A program made the position numbers and the translations under genes. Of a stretch of DNA of 40,427 bases, positions 33,355 to 40,427 are shown piece after piece. The DNA lies in contig JBIIIA010000001.1 of assembly GCA_044235195.1 (NCBI GenBank), positions 1-40,427 on the forward strand. Reading direction: 5' to 3'. How positions within the stretch are numbered: the first letter of the stretch is position 1; every line of letters starts with the position of its first letter. A model generated the notes under the pieces. That model did no database searches, was not told the DNA's origin, and saw only the letters and a program-made list of their open reading frames with translations. The stretch is from Thermoflexales bacterium. GTDB taxonomy: Bacteria; Chloroflexota; Anaerolineae; J036; Brachytrichaceae.

Positions 33355-35348
33355 GGTGACGTGCGGATTTGCACGTCATGCATGATAGAGCCGTCGGGAT
33401 TCAGCACACGGGCCTTGAACTTCCAGTCGCCGCCGTTGCTGTCCACCTTGACGAGCAGCGCATTGCGGCCGGCGTCGAGCTCGATCGGCGGCAGGTCGAT
33501 GTCGCGCAGATCGTTCGGCATGCTGCGGCCGACTTTGTTGCGCCAGATTTCCTTGCCATTGAGCCAGGCGGCGATCCCGTCGTCGCTGTTCATGCCGAGC
33601 AGGCCGGTGCGGTTTTTCGGGACGTCGATCCATACGAACGCATAGACCGTGGCTTTGTCGGCCAGCACGCCGTACACGCCCGGGGCAGGGGAAATGTATT
33701 TCAGAAAATCGACGTCGTGCGATTCGCTGCGGATGAGCCACGCCCGAGGGTCGTCCGGCTTCAGCACGAAGCCGGCTTCGCCGCCGAGCGCGTCCATGTT
33801 CAGGTCGAACCACGGCGTGGAGCTGAGCAGCCACCACGAGCGAATGTAGCCGTCGGAGTGCGGTGCGTAGAGGCGCAGGCGCGCCGACTCGACGGCGCCG
33901 GCGGACGCGGCGGCGGCGATGACTTCGACGAAGCCGTCGTCCCCCAGATCGTTCGGCATGACGAACTCGACGCGCGGGCCGTCGGCGCGCACGAGCGATC
34001 GGCCGCGGCGGCCGGTGAACGCGGTGACCGACCACGCGGCGTTCGGCGCGGCGACGGTGAGCGTCACGCGCGCGCCGGGCACAAGCGCGTCTCCCTCGCC
34101 TGCGCCGGCGATACGCAGCGGCGGCTTTTGCGGAGCGGCGTTCGGTGCGCGCAGTGAACCGAGCGGCGCGTCCTTGGCGCGAACGCGCATGAAGCCGCGC
34201 GAATGATGCGAGAGCAGATAGAGAGCGCCGTCGCGGCCGAACTGCATGTCGACCGGCTCGCCGACGTTGCCGACGACGTCCGCGATTTTCACCACGCGGC
34301 CGGCGTCGTCTAGCACGGCGCGGCGCAGAAAAAACTTCGAGTAATCGGCGAAGAAAAAATTGCCGCGGGTGTCGGCCGGGAAATTGCCGCCCGGGTCGAA
34401 GTCTCCAGCGGTGACCGACGCCGGCGCGCCGTCGTGCGGGTACACGATGTCTTTGCGCGCGGTGGTGCGCGCAGTGACGCCGGCGCATTCGGGCATCTTC
34501 TGATACTCGGCTGCGTCGTCGGATCCTTCGACGCACGGCCAGCCGAAGTTGGCGCCCTTCTCGGCCACGACCACCCATTCGTACTTGTTCCATCCGACGT
34601 CCCCGACGTACGGCAGCCCGCTCGTCGGGTGCAGGCGGAAGCGAAACGGATTGCGCAGCCCGTACGCCCAAATGCGCGAGCGGGCGCTGCGCGGGTTCTG
34701 CGGATCGAAGAACGGGTTGTCGGGCAGGCCGTTGCCGAGGGCGTCGATGCGCACGATCTTGCCCTGCAGCGCATCGAGCGACTGCGCGCGCAGCGCCAGC
34801 GGCTGAACGCCCTGCGAGAGCGTGCCCTCGCCGAATGCAGCGAAGAGCGCGCCGTCGGCGGCGAAGTGAATCGAGCCGTTGGCGTGCTGCTGCGTGGTGG
34901 ACTCGAAATCGTCGAGGATCACGCGCGCGGAGTTCGGCCGCACGACGTCGCCGACGACGGTGTAGCGCACGATGCGGCCGGTGCGCGGCTCGGCACCGTC
35001 GCGCTCGGCGCCGGGCGGATCGTAGACGTACGACAGATACAGCCAGCCGTTCTGCGCGAACTGCGGATCGAGTGCGATGCCGAGCAGGCCGCGGTCGACG
35101 AACGAATTCACTTCATCGCGGATGTCGAGCAGCGGCCGGCCGTAGAGCACGCCGTCCTTCCAGATTTTGACGCGGCCGGCCTTTTCCATGAGGAAGATGC
35201 GTCCATCGGGCGCAATGGCGAGGCCGGTGGGCAGCTCGAGATTTTCGGTGAGCTTCTCGACGACGAAGCGCGGGTCATCGGCGGCATGCACCGGGGCCGG
35301 TGCGGCCAGCGCGAGCAGGGAGATCAGAGCCAGAAGAAAGCGACGCAC
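33351..35348 (-). CDS. PQQ-dependent sugar dehydrogenase-like beta-propeller with ~260-aa C-terminal beta-sandwich-like extension, secreted
   Basis: ORF 33351..35378 trimmed to GTG 35348, which gives (M)RRFLLALISLLALAAPAPVHA-ADDP and has GATAAT 7 nt upstream. Shares motifs with the downstream paralog (DDPRF, PDGR, RIWAYGLRNPFRF, FGWPC). The C-terminal domain is unassigned (..DDGIAAWLNGKEIW..). Confidence 0.8.
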   Translation of the reverse strand: MRRFLLALISLLALAAPAPVHAADDPRFVVEKLTENLELPTGLAIAPDGRIFLMEKAGRVKIWKDGVLYGRPLLDIRDEVNSFVDRGLLGIALDPQFAQNGWLYLSYVYDPPGAERDGAEPRTGRIVRYTVVGDVVRPNSARVILDDFESTTQQHANGSIHFAADGALFAAFGEGTLSQGVQPLALRAQSLDALQGKIVRIDALGNGLPDNPFFDPQNPRSARSRIWAYGLRNPFRFRLHPTSGLPYVGDVGWNKYEWVVVAEKGANFGWPCVEGSDDAAEYQKMPECAGVTARTTARKDIVYPHDGAPASVTAGDFDPGGNFPADTRGNFFFADYSKFFLRRAVLDDAGRVVKIADVVGNVGEPVDMQFGRDGALYLLSHHSRGFMRVRAKDAPLGSLRAPNAAPQKPPLRIAGAGEGDALVPGARVTLTVAAPNAAWSVTAFTGRRGRSLVRADGPRVEFVMPNDLGDDGFVEVIAAAASAGAVESARLRLYAPHSDGYIRSWWLLSSTPWFDLNMDALGGEAGFVLKPDDPRAWLIRSESHDVDFLKYISPAPGVYGVLADKATVYAFVWIDVPKNRTGLLGMNSDDGIAAWLNGKEIWRNKVGRSMPNDLRDIDLPPIELDAGRNALLVKVDSNGGDWKFKARVLNPDGSIMHDVQIRTSP

Positions 35349-35355
35349 GATTGCG

Positions 35356-35361
35356 ATTATC
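35356..35361 (-). promoter_or_regulatory. -10-like hexamer GATAAT, 7 nt upstream of GTG 35348
   Basis: Reverse strand reads GATAAT-cgcaatc-GTG. Confidence 0.35.
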
Positions 35362-35410
35362 GGACACCGTTCAACCACTGACCCCTAACCTCTAATCCCT
35401 GTCCCCTTGC

Positions 35411-35416
35411 TAGTAT
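35411..35416 (+). promoter_or_regulatory. -10-like hexamer TAGTAT (preceded by TGc), 7 nt upstream of ATG 35424
   Basis: ttgcTAGTAT-tcccccc-ATG. Confidence 0.45.
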
Positions 35417-35423
35417 TCCCCCC

Positions 35424-36560
35424 ATGACGAATTCGGCATCTCCCGACGTGCTGGTGATCGGCGGTGGAGTGATGGGGGCATCGGCGGCGTACCACGCAGC
35501 GAAGGCCGGCGCGCGCGTGCGGCTGCTGGAGCAGTTCCGCATCGGCCACACGCGCGGCAGCTCGCACGGTGAGTCGCGCATCATTCGCGTGGCGTATTCC
35601 GAAGCGGACTACGTGGCGCTGGCGCGCGCGGCCTATGCTGCGTGGCGCGAACTCGAGCAGGAAGCCGGCGTGCCGCTGTACTACAAGACCGGCGGCATCG
35701 ACTTCGGCGCGCCCGATGCCTACGAGCTGCGCACGCTGGCGGCCACGTATCGGGCGCTCGGCATCGAGCACGAAGAATTGACGGCGGCGGAGATCATGCG
35801 TCGCTACCCGCAGTTCCGGCTGCCGGAGGAGTACGTCGGCGTGATGCAGCCGGAGTACGGCATGCTGCACGCCGACCGCTGCGTCGCAGCATTCGCGGCG
35901 CAGGCGCGCCGGCACGGCGTGGAGCTCCATGAAGAAGAGCCGGTGACCGCGATCACGCCACTCGGCGACGGCGTGGAAGTGCGCACGGCGCGCGGTGTGC
36001 ACCGCGCGGCGCGCGTGATCATCGCGGCCGGCTCGTGGATGCGGCCGCTGGCGGCGCAGCTCGGCCTCGACCTGCCGCTGACGGTGCGCAAGGAGCTCGT
36101 CATGTACATGGCGGCCGAGCGTCCTGCGGAATTCGAAATCGGGCGCTTCCCGATTTACATTCATCGCCTGCCCGGCACGTCGTCCGGCGGCGCCGGATTT
36201 CCGCTGCTCGGTTCGGCGCATCCGAAATTCCTGTTTCACGCCGGCGGCCCGCAGGTGGAGCCGGAGGACGTCGATCGCACACCCGACCCGGCGCTGTTGG
36301 CGCGCACGCGCGCCGCGGCGCTCGACGTGGTGCGCGGATTGACCGGCGACGTCGTCGAGGCGATCGCGTGCCGCTACACGATGACGCCGGACGAAGATTT
36401 TCTGATCGACCGACATCCGGAGCATCGGCAGATCGTGCTGGCGTCGCCGTGCTCCGGACACGGCTTCAAGTTCGGCAGCATCGTCGGAAAAATTTCGTCC
36501 GACCTGGCGCTACGCGGGGAGACGGCGCACGAGATCGGACGCTTTCGCCTGCGCTGGTGA
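35424..36560 (+). CDS. monomeric sarcosine oxidase / N-methyltryptophan oxidase family flavoprotein, copy 1
   Basis: 378-aa ORF. Dinucleotide fold VLVIGGGVMGASAAYHAAKAG, HTRGSSHGESRIIR, and the covalent-FAD cysteine motif SPCSGHGFKF. Confidence 0.85.
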   Translation: MTNSASPDVLVIGGGVMGASAAYHAAKAGARVRLLEQFRIGHTRGSSHGESRIIRVAYSEADYVALARAAYAAWRELEQEAGVPLYYKTGGIDFGAPDAYELRTLAATYRALGIEHEELTAAEIMRRYPQFRLPEEYVGVMQPEYGMLHADRCVAAFAAQARRHGVELHEEEPVTAITPLGDGVEVRTARGVHRAARVIIAAGSWMRPLAAQLGLDLPLTVRKELVMYMAAERPAEFEIGRFPIYIHRLPGTSSGGAGFPLLGSAHPKFLFHAGGPQVEPEDVDRTPDPALLARTRAAALDVVRGLTGDVVEAIACRYTMTPDEDFLIDRHPEHRQIVLASPCSGHGFKFGSIVGKISSDLALRGETAHEIGRFRLRW

Positions 36561-36562
36561 TC

Positions 36563-36568
36563 TAGCAT
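36563..36568 (+). promoter_or_regulatory. -10-like hexamer TAGCAT, 7 nt upstream of ATG 36576
   Basis: TAGCAT-tcccccc-ATG, the duplicated counterpart of 35411..35423. Confidence 0.45.
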
Positions 36569-36575
36569 TCCCCCC

Positions 36576-37712
36576 ATGAAAAATTCGGCATCTCCCGACG
36601 TGCTGGTGATCGGCGGCGGCGTCATGGGCACCGCGGCGGCGCAGCATGCGGCGAAGGCCGGTGCGCGCGTGCGGCTGCTGGAGCAGTTCCGCATCGGCCA
36701 CACGCGCGGCAGCTCGCACGGCGCGTCGCGCATCATTCGCCTGGCGTACGCGCAGCCGGATTACGTGGCGCTGGCGCAGCGCGCCTACGAGCTGTGGCGC
36801 GAACTCGAACGCGAATCGGGTGAATCGCTGTACTACAAGACCGGCGGCATCGACTTCGGCGTCCCGGGCGCGCACGGGCTGGCCGACATCGAGCGGAACT
36901 ATCGCGAGCGCGGCATCGAGCACGAACGGCTGACGGCCGACGAGATCATGCGACGCTTCCCGCAGATGAACCTGTCGCCGGAGACGATCGGCTGCTATCA
37001 GCCCGACTACGGCATGCTGCACGCCGACCGCTGTGTGGCGACGCAGGCGGCGCAGGCGGTGCGGCACGGCGCACAGATCTGCGAAGACGAGCCGGTGATG
37101 GCGATTGCGCCGCGCGGCGACGGAGTGGAAGTGCGCACGGTGCGCGGCGTGCATCGCGCGGCGCGCGTGATCATCGCGGCCGGCTCGTGGATGCGGCCGC
37201 TGGCGGCGCAGCTCGGCCTCGACCTGCCGCTGGTCGTGCAGAAAGAGCAGGTGCAGTACATGCCGGCGCGCGAGCCGGAGTCGTTCGCGATCGGGCGCTT
37301 CCCGATATTCATTCATCGGTTCGTGGGCACGACTTCCCTGGGCGCCGGCTTCCCGGTGCTGGGCAACCCTGCGCCGAAATTCCTGATCGACCACGTCGGC
37401 GCGCACGTGGCGCCGGAGGACGAAGACCGCTCGGTCGACGAGCCGCTGCGCGAGCGTGTGCGCGCGTACGCCATGGACGTGGTGCGCGGCTTGACGGGCG
37501 AAGTGAGCGAGGCGGTGAGCTGTCGCTACACGATGACGCCGGACGAAGATTTTCTGATCGACCGGCATCCGGAGCATCGGCAGATCGTGCTGGCGTCGCC
37601 GTGTTCGGGGCACGGCTTCAAGTTCGGCAGCGTCATCGGGCAGATTCTGGCGGAGCTGGCGCTGCGCGGCGAGACGTCGCACGACATCGGACGCTTCCGA
37701 CTGCGCTGGTGA
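36576..37712 (+). CDS. monomeric sarcosine oxidase / N-methyltryptophan oxidase family flavoprotein, copy 2 (tandem paralog)
   Basis: 378-aa ORF, collinear with copy 1 without indels. 277/378 identical by hand alignment. Same FAD and SPCSGHGFKF motifs. Confidence 0.85.
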   Translation: MKNSASPDVLVIGGGVMGTAAAQHAAKAGARVRLLEQFRIGHTRGSSHGASRIIRLAYAQPDYVALAQRAYELWRELERESGESLYYKTGGIDFGVPGAHGLADIERNYRERGIEHERLTADEIMRRFPQMNLSPETIGCYQPDYGMLHADRCVATQAAQAVRHGAQICEDEPVMAIAPRGDGVEVRTVRGVHRAARVIIAAGSWMRPLAAQLGLDLPLVVQKEQVQYMPAREPESFAIGRFPIFIHRFVGTTSLGAGFPVLGNPAPKFLIDHVGAHVAPEDEDRSVDEPLRERVRAYAMDVVRGLTGEVSEAVSCRYTMTPDEDFLIDRHPEHRQIVLASPCSGHGFKFGSVIGQILAELALRGETSHDIGRFRLRW

Positions 37713-37735
37713 TCGTCGGGTGCGATTCGAGGGAG

Positions 37736-37741
37736 TAGCAT
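37736..37741 (+). promoter_or_regulatory. -10-like hexamer TAGCAT, 7 nt upstream of SDR ATG 37749
   Basis: TAGCAT-cgggcgc-ATG. Confidence 0.45.
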
Positions 37742-37748
37742 CGGGCGC

Positions 37749-38528
37749 ATGAACGCGGGATCGATGTTCGATATGAGCGGCCGGACGGCGTTGGTGGTCG
37801 GCGCTGCGGGGGGAATCGGCCGCGCGGCAGCGCTCAGCCTGGCGGAGCACGGCGCGCACGTGGTGTGCGCGGACGTGGACGAAGCGGGCAACGACGAGAC
37901 GCTGGCGATGGTGCGCGCGGCGGGCGGCGAGGGTGGAGCGATCGTGCTCGACGTATGCGACGCCGAGGCGATCGAGGAAGCACTCGAGGTGCTGCCGCCG
38001 CTGGACGTGCTGGTGTGCACGCCGGCGGTGAACGTGCGCGTGTCGCTGCTCGATTTGAGCGAAGACGATTTCGATCGCATGATCGAACTGAATCTTAAAG
38101 GAGCTTTTCTCGTGATGCGCGCGGTGGCGCGCGGCATGTCGCAGCGCGGCCGCGGCAGCATCATCGCGTTCAGCAGCGTGCGGGCGGACGTGGTGGAGCC
38201 CGGGCAGGGCGTGTATGCGGCGACGATGAGCGGGCTGCGCCAGTTGTGCCGCACGCTGGCCGCGGAGCTTGGCATGTACGGCGTGCGCGTCAACTGCATC
38301 GCGCCCGGCCCGGTCGAGACGCGCATGACCGAGCAGATTCGCGCGCGGGCCGAATGGTACGACGCGTACGCGGCCAAGACGATGCTGCAGCGCTGGGCGC
38401 GTCCGCAGGAGATGGCCGGCGCCGTGATCTACCTGGCGTCCGATGCATCGACGTACGTCACCGGGTCCGTGCTGTACGTCGACGGTGGATGGACCGCGGC
38501 GGACGGGCGGTTCCTGCCGCCTGTTTAG
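37749..38528 (+). CDS. short-chain dehydrogenase/reductase (FabG-like) with Met in place of the catalytic Lys
   Basis: 259-aa ORF. Cofactor loop VVGAAGGIGRA, NLKGAF, FSSV and YAATM (expected YxxxK), then VNCIAPGPVETRM. Confidence 0.85.
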   Translation: MNAGSMFDMSGRTALVVGAAGGIGRAAALSLAEHGAHVVCADVDEAGNDETLAMVRAAGGEGGAIVLDVCDAEAIEEALEVLPPLDVLVCTPAVNVRVSLLDLSEDDFDRMIELNLKGAFLVMRAVARGMSQRGRGSIIAFSSVRADVVEPGQGVYAATMSGLRQLCRTLAAELGMYGVRVNCIAPGPVETRMTEQIRARAEWYDAYAAKTMLQRWARPQEMAGAVIYLASDASTYVTGSVLYVDGGWTAADGRFLPPV

Positions 38529-39148
38529 AGCTCCAGAATGCGATAAGGATGCACGTTGATGACGAGCGTGTCGCCGACGCGGGTGTCGGCGGGGATGCGG
38601 TGGTCGTAGCTGCGGTGCTGGTGGCCGTGCAGGAAGAGGCGCGGGCGGAAGTGTGCGATGACCCAGTTGTGGGCGTGGAAGCCGGTGTGGGCGTGGTCGG
38701 GGCCGTTGTGGATGCCGAAGGGCGGGGCGTGCGAGACGAAGATGTCCGGGCGGCGCAGCAGCATGCGCGGCGTCAGGGCGAAGGCGCGCATCCATTGATC
38801 ATGCTGCGAGTACTGCGCTTCGGCGTGCGGCCGATAGCGCAGGCAGCCCTCGAGGCCGGCCAGCGCCACGGCACGCGCGCTGTGGCTGTGCATGCGCGAG
38901 ACGTGCACGTCGAGGTCGATCCAGCCCTCCGGGTGCGTCTTCACCGGGCCGTGGTCGCTGATTTCCGTGTGGTCATGATTGCCGCGCACGTAGAAGCACG
39001 GCCGGTTCAGCGTGGAGGCGATGAACTCCAGGTAGCCGAACGGCAGGTCCCCGCAGCTGACGACGAGATCGACGTCGCCGCAGCGATCCTGCAGCTGTGT
39101 GCTGTAGATCCAGGGGACCGGTTCGTCGCTGACGGCGAGGATTTTCAC
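38525..39148 (-). CDS. metallophosphoesterase
   Basis: 207-aa ORF with a GTG start 2 nt after the prfB stop. Motifs AVSDEP, SCGDL, GNHDH and GHQH. Confidence 0.8.
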   Translation of the reverse strand: MKILAVSDEPVPWIYSTQLQDRCGDVDLVVSCGDLPFGYLEFIASTLNRPCFYVRGNHDHTEISDHGPVKTHPEGWIDLDVHVSRMHSHSARAVALAGLEGCLRYRPHAEAQYSQHDQWMRAFALTPRMLLRRPDIFVSHAPPFGIHNGPDHAHTGFHAHNWVIAHFRPRLFLHGHQHRSYDHRIPADTRVGDTLVINVHPYRILEL

Positions 39149-39150
39149 GG

Positions 39151-40255
39151 CTACCCCATGCGCAGGAATGCTTCCATGAACGCATCCAGGTCACCGTCGA
39201 GGACGGCGGCGGTCTGGCTGGTTTCGTGCTCGGTGCGCGTGTCCTTGACGAGCTGGTATGGGTGCAGCACGTAATTGCGCACCTGATTGCCGAAGGCGGC
39301 GTCGACGTGTTCGCCCTTGAGCTGGCGCAGCTCGGCTTCGCGCTTGCGGTCCTCGATCTCCTGCAGGCGGACCTTCAGCACGTGCATGGCGCGTTCGCGG
39401 TTCTGCGTCTGGCTGCGCTGGTCCTGGCAGGTGACGATGATGCCGGTGGGAATGTGCCGAATGCGCACGGCGCTTTCGTTCTTCTGCACGTTCTGGCCGC
39501 CGGCGCCCTGTGAGCGGTACGTCTCGATTTCGAGGTCGGCCGGGTTGACGACCACGTCGAATTCGCTGTCGGACATATCGGGATAGACCTCGACGCGGGC
39601 GAAGCTGGTCTCGCGCGTGCCGCCCGAATTGAACGGCGACATGCGCACCAGGCGATGAATGCCGCGTTCGCCGCGCAGGTAGCCGTAGGCGCGATCGCCC
39701 TGAATCGAGACGGTGACGTTCTTGATGCCGGCTTGTTCGGCGGGCGTGTAGTCGATTTCGCCGACCTTGAAGCCCTTGCGCTCGGCCCAGCGCAGATACA
39801 TGCGGTACATCATCTCGGCCCAGTCCTGCGCATCGACGCCGCCGGCGCCGGGCTGAATCGAGAGGATGGCGTCGCTGTGATCATGCTTGCCGCTGAACAT
39901 GAGTTCGAGCTCGGCCTGCGCCAGGGCGGCGTCGAGCGCGAGGACTTCCTGTTCGGCGTCGGCGGCGGCGCCGTCGTCCTGCATCTCGACGGCGAGCTGC
40001 AGCATGACTTCGGCGTCGTCGGCGCGGCGCACGAGCTGCGCGTTCGCATCGACGACCGCCTTCAGCGTAGCCATTTCGCGCATGAGCGCCTGGGCGGCCT
40101 GCGCGTCGTTCCAGAAGTCGGGTGCGGCGGATTGTGTTTCGATTTGGGAGATGCGTGTTTCTTTGACCGCCAGGTCAAAGACGCCCCCGCAGGGCAGCGA
40201 TGCGCGCGCGCGCGTCGCCGATCCTGACTTGCAGATCCGGGATGATGGTCAGCAT
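39151..40255 (-). CDS. prfB: peptide chain release factor 2, requires programmed +1 frameshift (join 40255..40178, 40176..39151)
   Basis: The track shows only the body, 39151..40083. That frame stays open upstream to GAC at 40176. A 26-codon frame-0 ORF from ATG 40255 (MLTIIPDLQVRIGDARARIAALRGRL) stops at TGA 40177..40175 inside CTT TGA C, with GGGGG 3 nt upstream. The body has SPF and GGQ motifs. Confidence 0.92.
40174..40188 (-). other. RF2 +1 frameshift cassette GGGGG-CGT-CTT-TGA-C
   Basis: Read directly on the reverse strand. It has the same layout as the classical AGGGGG-TAT-CTT-TGA-C site. Confidence 0.9.
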
Positions 40256-40262
40256 AGGCAAG

Positions 40263-40268
40263 ATCATA
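40263..40268 (-). promoter_or_regulatory. -10-like hexamer TATGAT, 7 nt upstream of prfB ATG
   Basis: Reverse strand reads TATGAT-cttgcct-ATG. Confidence 0.45.
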
Positions 40269-40281
40269 GATCATTCGGTAC

Positions 40282-40298
40282 GGACGGCGGACGGCAGA
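40282..40298. repeat. GGACGGC GGACGGC AGA: second occurrence of the heptamer repeat
   Basis: Identical 17-mer to 2599..2615. It lies between the stop of the upstream gene (40308) and the prfB -10 box. Confidence 0.8.
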
Positions 40299-40307
40299 TG
40301 ACTTCCC

Positions 40308-40427
40308 TTACACGACGACCGATCCGAGCACATGCAGACTGCGGCGATCCTGATTGGCGCTCAACGACGAGGCGAGGACGGCGTACGGGCCGCGGCGCTG
40401 TGCGATGCGATCGTGCAGCGCGTGCTC
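40308..40427 (-). CDS. 3' end of an unidentified gene (last 39 codons; runs off the right edge)
   Basis: The reverse strand is open from the window edge to TAA at 40310..40308 (…EHALHDRIAQRRGPYAVLASSLSANQDRRSLHVLGSVVV*). No family recognised. Confidence 0.35.
   Translation of the reverse strand, partial: EHALHDRIAQRRGPYAVLASSLSANQDRRSLHVLGSVVV

Noticed and set aside
36510-38795. 761-aa minus-strand ORF, the longest in this part of the track
   Set aside because: It runs antisense across oxidase copy 2, the SDR and part of the phosphoesterase, and it is Arg/His/Ala-rich. The plus-strand genes have clear FAD and SDR motifs.

Overview
High-GC (roughly two-thirds G+C by eye) bacterial chromosomal segment. 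It carries about 38 protein-coding genes on both strands. I found no rRNA, tRNA, CRISPR array, transposase or integrase. Most content is housekeeping or peripheral metabolism: ilvA, folD, miaB, ktrAB, acpP, type-2 IPP isomerase, prfB with its programmed +1 frameshift, nagA/nagB, two secreted glycoside hydrolases, two tandem PQQ-type sugar dehydrogenases, two tandem sarcosine-oxidase-like flavoenzymes, an AKR and an SDR. Signalling genes include an ECF sigma/anti-sigma/histidine-kinase operon and a Ser/Thr kinase divergent from an FHA::winged-helix regulator. Four things stand out. (1) The FHA::wHTH regulator heads a tight operon with two ABC-type permeases, one fused to a PQQ-like beta-propeller, and the window holds no ATPase or binding protein. 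(2) A -10-like hexamer sits exactly 7 nt upstream of the start codon at 11 genes, which implies widespread leaderless mRNAs and helped fix start sites. (3) Low-GC or short-period simple-sequence tracts and a 208-bp nested palindrome occupy several intergenic spacers. (4) Two enzymes carry substitutions at the canonical catalytic lysine, and the tandem flavoenzyme genes show a mosaic identity pattern. The many long Arg/Ala/Gly-rich ORFs in the six-frame track that lie antisense or out of frame to these genes are treated as high-GC artefacts. The organism is unknown. A Chloroflexota-like origin is only a guess from the style of the intergenic repeats and the leaderless starts.
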